64,000 bases of DNA. Source: Raillietiella orientalis (Eukaryota). The notes under the pieces are model-generated. The model was not told the DNA's origin and made no database searches. It saw only the letters and a list, made by a program, of their open reading frames with translations. The position numbers were made by a program, and so were the translations under genes. Below are positions 13,001 to 25,550 of this stretch, piece by piece (within the stretch, counting starts at the first letter, position 1; each line of letters starts with the position of its first letter). The stretch covers positions 496,001-560,000 of the forward strand of contig JAYWIR010000052.1 of the NCBI GenBank assembly GCA_036172245.1, read 5' to 3'.

Positions 13001-16000
13001 GGGGGTAGGGTTCCCCGTCCGATCCAGGAATGCGTTCCTTCTCCTCCTCCTCCTCGTCCTCGTCCTTCCCGCCGCCGCCGCCCTCGCGCTAATCAAACGG
13101 CGAGCTCATTGCCACCGAAGGGTCGTAGAAAAGGTCAACTCGTCCTCCCCCCCTCGGGCTGTTCGCGGGGAGAGCCTTCCTCATTCGGGTCGCGGCCTCG
13201 GTGATGGATGGAGGTCCGGAGGCTGTCCGAGAGAGGGAGGAGGAGGACGCTCGCATCTGCACCGATGATTCTTCCTCCTGACAGCTCTCCCGGAGCGGGG
13301 CGTCTTCTGCTTTCCGCTGCCGCCGCCCCACTTGCCTCCCCCTCCCCCTCTTCCCCTCGGCCGCCTCCGTGGCGGCATCTCCGGACGCTGCACAGCGACG
13401 GCGAGGAACTCCCCGAGCTCCTGCCTCCCGAGTCCGAGGGAGCGCCACCCGTCGGAGACACGTCTGCGGGATTCTCCCCACCCCCACCTCCCACCCCAAG
13501 CGCGTCTCCTTACCCTTAGCAGCCGAGGCTGCCTCGCGCGCCCGAAGAGCAGCTCCGCGGACGGCCCTGACGGGCACAGGGAGCAGCACGGAAGGAGGGA
13601 GGAAGAGGAAGACGGGACTTCTCCCTGACCTCCCAGACCGGAAGGGGAGGGCGGTGGAGATGGAGGTTCCGGAGGGACGGGCGCTCCCCTCACCCCTTCC
13701 TCTTCTTTGCATCGCCACGTGAGCGCTCCTCGAGCCCAGGTGATCCGGGAGATGTCCTCTTTCAAAGGGCGTCTCCGCCGACTTTCCATAGAAGCGGCTG
13801 AGCCATAGCGGGGGGAGGTCGGACGAATGAGGGAGAAGTTCCTCGGCCGACCAGACGGAATGAGTCCCGGACGGAACGCCAGCCCTGGAGGTCGCTCAGG
13901 GAGGTGGAGCAAGGGACTCCCTTCCCCCTACCCTCACTCCCACCCAGGACCTCCATCCTTTTCCCTCCAGCCCGTTGCTTCCGGAATCCTCCTCCCCCCC
14001 TCCCCGCGAGCGAGGCTGCTGTGGGAAGACCTTCACGCTGCTGTTGCCGCCTCCCGGACTGCGGCGGCACACCCGCTGGCGTCGCTGGCAGGCGGGTCAG
14101 GGGTGGATGATTCATCCCCGTTCGACCCACCCCACGGCAGATGGGGGGAGCTTCCCCCAGGAATATCCCCGGGACCCCCCTAGGCGAGCGTCGGGGAGCG
14201 AGAGCGCGTCACCCGCGATCGTCTCCCTCCGACTTCGGGACGCCGAAGAGTATGGGGGGGAGAGAGCGATGTGACCCCTGTTGTCGCTCGGCGAGCGAGG
14301 AAAGAGGAGGGGACGCACGCCCGTTTCCGGCAGAGGATCCCCGTCCAGGAAGGGGCGTTGCCGGCTACTCCGGCCCTCTCTCCTATCCTCAGCATGCTCC
14401 CCCTCCCCCCTTCCTTCCATCCCCCTTCCCTCGACTTCTTACAACCAGCCGCCATCGCCGTTCCGATGGCGCCGCCCTCGGCGCTAACAGGAGGATGGGA
14501 TTCCCCTCGACTGAGGGGACGGCAGGCATCTCTCCAAGCGCCCCCTCTCCCCCGCCTCCTCGTGGCGCAGGGCGGTCCCAGGGGTCTGGAGATAGTGCGC
14601 GACCTCCTGCACTCTCTCGATGGCGCCACCGCGTCAGAAAAGCAGTCTCCCCCTCATCCAGAAGTGGGGCACCGTGTGTGATCTCTAGGGGGGGAGGGAG
14701 GCAGGGACGGAGAACCCCTGCCAACAAACCAGCAGGATGTCGGAGACCGTGTCCTCCGCCGCCCCCCAGCCCCCCTGGGCTCCTCGCGAGAGGAGACGCT
14801 CCCTCCAGCCGGGACGGAGTACCAGGTGCTAGGAAACGTGGGACAGATCCGAGATTGCAGGCTCCGGGACGCCGATTCTGGAGGGACCCTCCTGGGGTGC
14901 TCGCCAAGGCTCGCCCCCTCCCTTGGCTCCCTCGAGCGATGGGCGAGCATACGTTCAGTCAAACGTCACCTCAGAGATGGCGCCACGAGGGTGGCGGCAC
15001 CCGCAGTACTGTGAGCAGTCGTCCCCGGCGGGAGCGGAAGGCCCTGCACCCGTCCTCCTCAGCGTGGGGGCTACCGCAGCACGCCCACGCCTCCGTCGAA
15101 TGAAAAGAGAAGCGGAAACCTCCTGCCAGTTCCTGGGGAGGAAGATCCGCGCTGCCGCGGATGAGGCGACCGTCGCTACGGCAACGCGATGGCGAGCTCG
15201 GGCGAACCCGTCCGAAGCCTGCAGAAGACGGTGGGAAGAGGTCCCTTCCATGAGGGGCTGAGACTCTCGGAAAAGTTCCTCCGGCCCCCTCGAAACGCTG
15301 CCGGTAACCCGTCCACCACCGGATTCCGAGAAGGGGGGGGGGGCAGCGCTACCGCGCTCCCCCCTCCTTGCTCGTTTCTCCTTCCGGGTTGGGAGAGGGG
15401 GAAGAACGAAAAATCTTCCCTTTCCGCTGCCTGTTCTTCCGGAGGAGGGCGCCATCTTAGAGCGAAGACGAACCAGGCGGAACCTCAGAGCGTGGGGAGG
15501 GCGGCACCGAGCCACGGGCACCACGGCGTCCTCCTCCTCTGGGGAGAGGCCCTCGAGGGCAGACCCCACTCGAGCGCCTCCTCCCGCGGATGAGGGAAAA
15601 AGGGTGCTCCCCCACCACCCCTGCGACTTTTCCCCTGGAACCGCCTCCACCGAAGGCGGGTGCTGCGAGGTCGCAGAACGGCGGTCGGGTCTCTTCTCCT
15701 TTCTGAGGAAGTCCTCGGGAGCACCCCGCGGCTCGGCTTCCCTGGAGGGAGCCACTGGGATGCCGGGACCATTCCTCCAGATCCTCCGGAGAGGAGGAAT
15801 GCCCGATGCCTCCCGAGGGATATCTCCGCTGCCCGCGGCAACCTCGAGCGCTCTTCCGGGAACCGGACTCGACGGGGAGGCGGGGGACGTGCCGGAGAGA
15901 AAAGAAAAAGCGGGTAGAGGGATGTCGGAAGGGTTTCCAGGGGCGGCCGCAGGACCGAAACGGAGACTGCCGCCCCTCCGCGTGCTGCGGAGGGGAAGGA

Positions 16001-18461
16001 CAGTCTCCACTGCCGCGGGCCTCCCTGGACTGGGGAGGGCAGAGCTTCCGGCGGAAAGGTCCGCAGTAACCGCAGGGTATAGTTTTCAACTAGCAATAAG
16101 CGCGCCTCTCTTTCGGTCAGCGGCGGCGCTACTGCCCGTGAGCAAGGTTGCTCACGGGCAGTAGCGCCGCGGGGTCAGGCGCTGCCCCGGTCGGAGGTGC
16201 TGACGGAGACCACCACAACACCCGGCAGACCTAGAGGAGCTCCCGGAAGGGGGGCGATCAGCAGGAGGCGCTCGATAGACCGAGGGGGTGGTCGATGGGG
16301 AGCTGTGGCCAATGGACGGGTCCGCCTCCCCCGGAGGTGGCCGAGCGGGAAGATGGAGAAAGGTAATTGGAAGGGAGGGGGACGGAAACTTCTACTTGAG
16401 AGGCAGCCTGGGCCTCTCCCAGGAGCGGACTGCCCCGTTTCTCACCCGCGCCTCCTCCCCCCGTTCCATCTTCCTCTTCCAGGAGTCCGGATGGGCGCGT
16501 GAGCCTTGGACGCGAAGAAGGGGACCTCCCAAAGGGTGGGCGTCCTCGTCCGGGCAAGCGGCGATGGAAAGGTCGTGCTAGCTAGGAGGAGAAAGGGAGA
16601 GGCAGGCGAGGGAAAGAATCTCCGTCCACCCCACCCTTCCACCCCTCTCCTTTCCTGTGGTTCGCTCCCGAGGCTACCAGGCTGCAGGGATCTCGGGGTG
16701 TGGCGGGAGAGGCGACTCCCCTTCCGCCTCAGGGGAGGTTGGATGCTGCCGCCAGCTCCCTGGGAGCAGCGGACGCGCCTTCGCTTTCCTGGGGCGGAGG
16801 GAGGGAAGGGAGAGAAGTCTGTCTTCCGACGCGCCAGCAGCCCCGTCCACCGCGGATCGGGATCTCGGCTGCTCCGAGCGGGAAGGAGGGCCGAGGGACA
16901 CGCTGTGAACGTCACGAAGAAGCAGCGGCAGCCGTGGTCCGGTGTTCCCTGGCAAGGCCGGGACACAACCTCCAATCGTGTTCCAGGTCGCTCCAGCAGT
17001 CCTCTTTCCTCACCCTCCTTCCCCAGGAAGGCGCCCCTTTCTCCGGATGTCTTTCCCGGAAGCCACGCTGCCCTCCGACCACCGACCACCTTTCCCAATC
17101 GACCTAGAGAGAAGGACGGCAGGTATCCTGGCGTCCCGAGGAGGAGAAGGGGCGATGGTCACGGTTGGAAAACGGACGGGATGAGGCGATGCACCCTCCT
17201 GCCTCGAGGAAGGAAAGAGGGCGCCCACCTCCCGGGGAAAGAGCTCACTGGGCGAGGCCGCGCATTGGAGAGGACCCCCTGGATGGACAGGGAGTTGGGA
17301 GGGCAGGCAGGTCGCGGAGGAGGAGGGTTCGACTCCCAAGAAGGAGGGCGCAGGGGAGAGGGAGACTCGGGAACAGCTGTAGGCAGCGCGAGGAAGAGGG
17401 AAAGGCCATTGGGAAGGGGTGCTCCCGCGAGGAGACTGTCCGCGACAGTCGCCTTCTCTCCCTGCCCCTCTCTCCACGATGGGCTGGCGCTCTCATTCAG
17501 GTGGCTCCACAGACTCCTGGAAAAGGGAGGAGGAAGGGCGGAAGGGGCAGGAGAAGCAGAAAGCGGAAACAGGAGGAGGATAGGCCGCGAAACCCTTCGC
17601 GGGGAGAGACCGCGATCTCCAAGTGGTCCAGGATGAAGGGGACCTCTCCGCCCCCGAGGAGGGCCTCTTCCCCTCCTGTGAAGGTTCCCTCTTTTGTAGG
17701 GGGGGAGGCGAGAGACTACACCCCACCGTGCCCGCGCGTGCTATCGGCAACGTCCGGTTCGCACTCCAGACTGGGAGCGCGCGAGTGGACTCGTCCGCTC
17801 CTTCCTCCCTCGAAGTGCAACAGCCGGCAGTCTGGGACCCAGTAGGGTCTCCTTACCCTTTCCTCACTGGGAGCTCCTCGAGTCTGGAGGGCATTTTTCC
17901 GGGGATCGGAGGTTTCCCCTGCGCCTTTCGCTCTCTTCCCTCCTTCCCCTTGCGCTTCCCTCCCTCCCCCTGTCGGGTGTGCTGCGACAAGGCGACCTGG
18001 AAAGAGTCGTGGATTTTCCCCTCCTCCCCGCCAGGTTTGGAGACGCACCCCCCGTGGCGAGGAAGCTCGCTACCCCCACCCCTTCTCCCCCATCCGGATC
18101 TGGCGTCTTCGAGAAAAGACAGAAAAATGGGAACGGGGCAGCTAGGGGCGGATACCCGGTCGGGGGAGGGGAGGGAGCAAAGAAGACAGGAAGGGGGGGA
18201 AAGTGGACTTCCTCGTGCCTGCGAAGGCGGAGATTCCTTCTTCCTTCCCGTTCGGGGAAGATGAGGTAAATTCTGCGGTCAGGGCCCGTTGCGCTCCCGC
18301 CCCGGGCGACCACTACGCCCTTTCCCGGCGTCTCCCTCCCCAGGCTGCGTTGGTGTCCAAGATCCAACTGAGGGGTGGAAAGGGGCAGGGGAGGGGAGGA
18401 AAGGTTCGTCTTCGGACCCCTTGTGAACCTCCCTTTCCGCTTTGCACTGGGTATGTCCACT

Positions 18462-18495
18462 CGCCCTTGGTCCATCTGCAGATGGACCAAGGGCG
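18462..18495. repeat. Perfect 34-bp spacerless palindrome
   Basis: cgcccttggtccatctgcagatggaccaagggcg equals its own reverse complement. Confidence 0.95.
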
Positions 18496-18883
18496 CAGGT
18501 TCGGGTGAACCCGGAAAGCGAAGGGCAGTTTCCAGCCTTCCCTTCAACCCATCTCTTGAGACCCCTCTTGACACGGATCTGCTCTCATCTCGGACAAGGG
18601 GCTATGGAGACCCCCGACGAGAAGGATCCCGACTCTTCTCCTGCACGACGAGGACCACCAGGGAGGCGGAATTTTATTACGACCTCCTCCTCCCCGTTTA
18701 AGATGGCGCGCTTTGCTCGGGAACGGTGTCCGGGTTCCATCCAGCTCTGACAAGGCAGCCGGGATCGGAAAGGATGATTGAAAACAAAAACAAAAAAAAC
18801 AAACACATGGGCTGCACGTTTCCCAGCCTGCAATCCCGAGATCTTCTCCTCAGATGATAGGCACGCCATCACCTTTGCTTCAG

Positions 18884-21800
18884 TCAACACATCCGCCTTG
18901 TTTGCGCTGGAGCGAACGAAATCTCGTCACTTGGCATCAGCAGGACCGAAAGAGATCGCACGACATTATGCGGAGCGAGGAGCTCGAGTGAGCAGCAAAA
19001 GGCTTTTCGGGAACGAATATCTGCGTGGACCCATTTGCACGTCGGAGCAACTTCTGATTGCATTTTGAATTTATGAATCCCATTTTGACTGGAGTTGTTC
19101 CCCCCTCCCCCCGTGTCTTTCATTTTATGTCTCCTGTGGTTCCTCTTGGAGATTCCGAGTTTTCCCGATGCTGGGAGATGGTCGCGCGAAACATTTTTCC
19201 CCCCATCAAGCGGTCGCATGATTTCGAAATTCGCCTTTCCTGCGAAAGATTCCAGGCGGATCGGCACTTCCCGATCCTCCTTCCTCTTCCCCTCTACTAC
19301 CAGTCCAGCGGGCGCCTCTTTTCTTGAATCTGTCTGTCCATTTCCATCTACACAGTATTTCTTGTGCCCCCGCGACCGTCTTATGTAGAGCTCCACGTCC
19401 AACTGCTTCACTACAGCTTTACCTTGGGTCCTTGTGATTCCGAAACAGGCTGCTAAAGGCTTTTCCCCCTTGCTGCAGACACTACTTTGAATTGTTTGTT
19501 TTTCTTTCTGGGGGGACTCTTGATTTAGGCATCCAATTCCCGAAACAGTAAAAGGATTGTGTGTCCATGAAAGGAATGTGTTACTCGTAACGTTGCAGTT
19601 GATTAGAAAGAATCTGAAGAGTGAGTGGCACTTCAATGCCCACGCTATTTATGCTTCTCTCCTCGGATGTCATCTTGAAGAATCAGTAGGTTCCTGTTGA
19701 AACGTGACGTTCGCAGAATGCAGTTTTAACCAGCCATTAAAGCCAATTTCATTTATGCGCCTGGAGAAAAACTAAGGGTGATCACATTGCTTCCTTGTAT
19801 CGATCCGCGTGGTTTCTAGAAATTAGCTTTTTATACGGGCTTTTCCAGTTGGAGGCTGTCAGTTGGTTATCCTGATATTCACGTTTCCGCAGGTGATAAA
19901 CAACCGTAGGTCGGGCACGCTTGCCCACGCGAAAGAGTGAAAATAATTCGGTTCTCCATTAAAAGTGCCTATTTCCTTTGCAGCTCAGATGGATGAGGAT
20001 GAAGTATGAATGCCCATTGCCGTGGAATTTTATCGGCGAAATAAACAGCCCGGGAAACTCCGAGTTTGTGTCTTTGACATTTCTGAAACACGTACTTATG
20101 CGGTCCCATGTTTTTTTTGTTTTTTTTCCTTTCCCTAATGCAAACTGCATGCTGAAACCTTTTTTTGGCTGGTTAGTTACTGACCCGGTTCGGCACTTTG
20201 TTTATGCATGCGAAATGCAAAAGTCATCAGTTTGGTGATGCAGTAAAAATGCAGGACTTTGTGAAAGAAGTGAGGACTGCACGGTTTGCACCCATGGTGT
20301 TAAGTAAATTCTCACTTTGGAATCCATTTTCCTCCTTCAGAAAAATGATTATCTGTTTATTTTGCTAGCTCATTCAGCAAATTCCTTGCTTTTGGTTTGC
20401 ACCCTGATCCTTGAAAGGTTGCATTTCTTTATCCACTGTTTTCCCAATGGATGTATCAGGTGAGTGCATTTTTTGCCCAGCTATGTACACACAAGGAAGT
20501 ACATTTCTGGAACTGGAACTCTGAAATGAGTCAGTCTTTGTGAATCTACAACTTCTTTGAGCGTGCACAACAACACTGCATGTGTTTAAAGAAGTGACAA
20601 ACCCAAAGTTTGAAAAGACTGAGAGGTATATACATCAAAACTTTCAGAATTTCTCTCCAGAGGAAAGATGGAATCACTCCACCAAGAAATAATGTGCAAA
20701 GTGTGCACTCGAATGTCTCTTTTTTTCCCTCCCAATGCCAAACCCAGGATTCGTAGTCTCCCTGAATGATGATTCTCTTTGCAGAACAAGATTCTCCAAG
20801 GAGGATGAGCACTTGGATTCATCCAGGCGAGTTGTAAAAAGATAACTGAAGATCAGGAAATGATGTCCACAGATTGTGGAAACCGTTTGGAGAACCGGCT
20901 AGCAGCAATTAGAACCCAAGCCATGGTTTGCACATTTTCTACTTTAAAGTTTGGCAATTTGAAATCCGTTCCATCAGGCAGATCCAATAATAATAATAAT
21001 AATAGTGACAAATGATTTCCTGAAATTATTGTGCTTGCTGCCAAGAAATGAACGACATTCTTAAACAACAAGCCTGTCATTAGATGAACGGTGGCTCGCC
21101 CTTCAGGGTCTTTAGCAAGCTCTCATCTTCAAGTATTCCGGAAACACCAGATGGAGGTTTATTCCTAATTACAGCGACGTTCCCGAAAATCCATGTACAG
21201 ATTACATTAAATACCACCCCACTTTCGGTGCGGCACGAATTCACAAGAGCATTTTCGCCAAATGCAAAGGAGCTTCCTTAGGGAGCTTCTTGTGACCTTC
21301 TCTGTGAAAGTGGCATTATTTCTCCCTGTGGGGGTTAAGGGAGCTCTAACGTAACGTTATGGGGCAGAATTCTTACCTTCCGAGTTTTAGAAACATATCC
21401 ATCGCATCGTGGGTTCCAGGGTTTGGTGTTTTGCAGATCTCTCTGTGCGTGGATTGAGCAAACTAATAAAAAGAAAGAAAGAAAGAACGAAAAGAAGCAG
21501 AAGAAGAAGGCGAGGGGGGGGGGGGAGAGCGAAACCGTGGCAGAATCATACAGTCAATCGTTGAAGATCGTATGCTGTTGCAAATAACTCGTGCAAAATA
21601 GATTCGAACGTTTGCAAGCTGATATCCAACCGGAAAGTAGATCTGCCTTCCTTTTATGGTTTCGTTTCTATTTCAGTTGCTTTTCGTGTTCTACGAAACA
21701 CATCTCATACGCCTACGCCGTGTTCTCCAATCAGATTCGGATGCTGTCCCGATGATGGTCTGAGTACTCTTTCAGCACCGAGGTAGTTCCCGCAGGCACG

Positions 21801-22400
21801 TTTGCGCAGGTCTTCCGCGGCGTTCCTCAAGCACACCGCAGTCCCCTCGACCGGGGAAACCCTCCCACTCTGGCCCCTTCCCGCTCGAAGGTCCAGGCAG
21901 GGGCGGAAGGCGTTTCCTAGCAGCCAATCCACGAGTGGGCTGGATGGACTTTCTCGCACTCCCTCTGATAAGGGCACTGTTGCCCAGCAATTCCGAGTGT
22001 CGGCCCAAGATTATCCCGCCGATTCAGCTGTCGTCGCCGTAGGTCGCCTCGGCTGCCTGCGTGGGGAGGACTGGTCAGCGGGCAGTTTGACCGGTGCTCG
22101 TGTCGCTCGACGGATTTCGGTGGTCGGACGCCGCCCCGCCCGGAAGCTTCCACCACGGTCTCTTCCTTGGCGTCGGTGCCACCCTCGACGCTTCTCTTCA
22201 GGAGCCTTCGGTGGCGTCCGCAAACGCCAAAACCGAAAGCAAACAAACATCCGCCGCAAAGGTGGGAGGGAACCTCTCGCGAGAAAGATGCCGGAAGCGG
22301 TCGCGTCTGCAAGGTGCCGATTCACCGGAAGCGGCTCTGCCCAGGCAGCCCGGAGGAGACAGAGCAGGGAACATTTTCGCGCTTCGTCCCAGCACTCTAA
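18884..22400 (-). pseudogene. Possible decayed spliced gene or lncRNA of unknown identity (CpG-depleted island)
   Basis: AT-richer and strongly CpG-poor (1 CpG in 20341-20700). Minus-strand splice-like signals: acceptors near 22397, 21463 and 21326; donors near 21710 and 21376. Short S/K/E/Q-rich open stretches switch frame; no intact ORF or domain recognised. Confidence 0.3.
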
Positions 22401-23741
22401 GATGAAGGATTGAAAAGAAACGATCAACAGCATTGTTCCGATGTGATTTTTATTGCTCTTGCTTTGATCCGTTTCCCCGCTCTTTCGGCTTTCGGGGAGC
22501 AACTGCTGAGGCAGCTAATCAGCGTGAAGAATGGGACGGGTAAAGCCTCCGGTAAATTTAGGAGGCTTCCCGAGGGATTCAGAGGGAGTAAGGAGGAGCT
22601 GAGCTTAAGGCAGTTTGGGATCGTCATCGTGGAATATAAGAAACAATCGCGAAAGTACTTCGCTCACGACCGTAGTAGCTCCAAGCGGCTTTCGAGAGAG
22701 ACAGAGAGAAAGAGGTTGGCAGCGAGTGAAAGTCCATTACCGCACCAGACGGCAGAGGAAGCTGTTATTCGAAGCTGCTGCCATCAGAGAGCTCCCTTTT
22801 CCAGACTTGCTCGCAATGTGGGGTGTGCTGAGAGAGGTCTGGTGTCTTCAGGGATTCAGCGCTCTCCTCCGTCCCCGTCGCTGGTGACGGGAAACAGCCA
22901 ACCTGACCCGCCTGACCTTTCCGACGTTGAGGAACACGAAACCCGTCGGGAGATCGGTCCCCACCCTCCCGCTGTCGACTGGACAGGACAAGTGTGTGTG
23001 GGATTCGATCCTGAGGCCAAGAATCCGTCTCCAGCAACCGGGAACCGCGATCGTCCTCCCCCCCCCTTCCTTTCCCTCCACGAGTTGGAATTCCGCGGGA
23101 AGAACCAGGGATCGCGAACCACGTGCGAATTGAGGGAAGCGAAATGCGCGCTCGGGGGGGGAAGGGGACGCACGGCAGCGGTAGGCAGTGGGTGCGTCCC
23201 CCCCTTTCTCCCCTTCCGGACTCCGGAGAGCAGTCGACCTCGCTTCGTTCCTCGCGAAGGACCGGGAGGGATTCCGTCCCCTCGAAGGGAGTGGACATCC
23301 TTTCGGGAGGAGCTTCGCGACGGTCGCCCCGACATCCAATGATCCTGAAGATGAGGGAGGAGAACGAAAGGAGGCGATCCTCGTTCGTCACGAGGCGGCG
23401 GCGGCGGCCTCCGAGATGGGGAAAGCCGAAGGGGTGTGTGCGGCCCATCGGAACGTGGGAGGAGGAGGCTGCGAGGCGAAGAGCACCGGAAGCTCGCGCG
23501 AGGATCCCGCGTGCCATCTCTCCGGGGCCAACCCACTCTGGGCTTAATCGGGGAGCTTGGGGCAGAACCCCAGAGCTCCCTCTGCAGGGGCCATTCATTA
23601 AATAGCCTCATCAAAAAGCGAATTAGCTTAATCAGCTCTTCGCCGGTCAATTACCCCCCTCCACCCCCAAGCGGCGGAAGAGCGCGAGCTGCTGCTTCGG
23701 GCTGATGTTCGGTCGTCTCAAACAATCCTTTTTTGTACGGT

Positions 23742-23745
23742 GTGT

Positions 23746-23773
<28 letters not shown>
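23742..23773. repeat. (GT)n microsatellite
   Basis: Seen directly. Confidence 0.9.
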
Positions 23774-23777
<4 letters not shown>

Positions 23778-23989
23778 CAACAATCCGCACGTATCGATTG
23801 CCGGAGCTCGGCGCACTTTTAATAATTAATCCATTATTGTGTTTGTGCATGTGGAAATGGGCGGCGGGACGCTCGCGGTCCTCGGAAACATGGGAAGCGC
23901 GCTGCTCCCGATGCGCGGCTGCATTCCGAAGGGCCAGATGAGGTCCCTAATTACGTGGGGACCTCCAGGAGCATACGACAGGTAAGCGG

Positions 23990-25550
23990 TCAGTCAGCTC
24001 CGGTGCGGAGCAGAGATGAGGACGACCTGTCGTCGCCGTGCGTGCAGAACGTGCGGCCGACGTCGAAGCAGTCGGTGGGTTGGCGGAGGGGGACGAAACG
24101 AGGGGACGCCGCCCCACCCTGGGATTGGGCCGGCGCTCCTCCTGTGTCTCGGTGACGTCGCTGGAAAACAGGAAACTCGAGTGTCCGTGGTGGGGCTGCC
24201 TGCCAGGGTTCTTCCGATGCCGGGGATGAAAAAAGGTGTGCGCGATGTTTTGGTGTTTTTTGTTCGTCTGTTTGCTTTTTCGTGTTTCGCAAGGCGGGCG
24301 GGCTTTCGGAACTCGGCTAATGACGCTGCCTGCAAAAAAAAAAAACACACAAAAAAAAGAAAGTCATCTCCTTGACGACGAGGGCGGACGCGGGGGTAAC
24401 ACAGGGAGTGGATAAAGTCGACCGCGGAATGGCAGGACTGCTCTCGAGCGCCACTGGTCGAGCCGGCAAGTGGTGGATGGGGAAGAGGGGAAGGGGGAAG
24501 GGAACGAACCGACGGGATGTTGTTGCTGCACCTTGGGATTCTTGGAGAGGAGGGACGCCTGGATTTCTGAGGCGCATTCCTGCTTTCCCCGCGTCCTTGC
24601 TCACGCCGGAGAACATCCGCATTTCCCTATCACCGCCCCACGGGCTGGCGGTCAGGAAGGGCCTCCTCTTATTCCCCACCTCGCGTCCTTCGAAGCAGGG
24701 AAGGGAGGAAGGGGTAGGGGGGCGGGAAGAAAACCAGTTCGGGATCGAAGCCGCCCCAAAATGCCGCCTCGGGCGTTTCTCCAGCACGGCGCGCCCCGAC
24801 GGACGTGGCGGAGCGGAGTCGGCGGCGAGCGGTCGGTCGGACGAACCCTCCAGGGTGGACGACCGACCTCTATGGTGTCGCTTCTTTTACGAGGGTTTTT
24901 TTTTGTGGTTGTTGCCTCCAAACCGCATCCTAGGATCTGTGCACCTCCTGAGTCTTCTTAGTGGCACCTTGACGCTGCTGGTCCTTTTTTTTCCTGTACC
25001 GGAAAAAAAAAAAAAAAGGTGTGCGCGATTTTTTGGTGTTTTTTGTTTGTTTGTTTGTTTGCTTTTTCGTGTTCCGCAACGCGGCCTTTCGGAATTCGGT
25101 CAATGACGCTCATGGTGCCCGGCAGGGGAGGGGAAAAAAAAGTCGTCTCCTCGGCGACGAGGGCGGACGCGGAGGGAACGCCGGGAGTGGGACAAAGTGG
25201 ACCGCGAAACAGCAGGACCACGCTCGCGGCCGAGGTGGTTCGGCCACGATGCCGCCCGCTTCGGACGTGGCTGCAGGGCCTCCTGCAACCGGCCGACAGC
25301 CGCCCGACCCCTTCCGAACGGTCCGCGGCGACCGCCGCAGCCCACCCTTCCGACGAGCGTGCAGAGGACGTAGAGATTGCGTGCGAGGGCGCGGGCAGTT
25401 CCCCTCTCCCCCTCCTTCCCCAGGAGAAACCCTTTATCTTCCTGCCTATGGACGCAGAAGGACTGCAGACCGATCGCACGTCGTCTTCCCGGATTCCTGA
25501 GGGATGCTGCGGATGCAGAGAAAGGCCCCAAAAGAGGTGCGGTCCGTAGC
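23990..25550. repeat. Diverged tandem duplication, period about 780 bp
   Basis: ggtgtgcgcgat...ttttcgtgtt..gcaa...ctttcggaa.tcgg..aatgacgct at 24235 and 25018; gacgagggcggacgcgg at 24377 and 25156. Outer boundaries approximate. Confidence 0.8.

Noticed and set aside
21676..21782. Plus-strand exon with a papilin-like RFGCCPDDG motif
   Set aside because: Single isolated motif with no supporting neighbouring exons.
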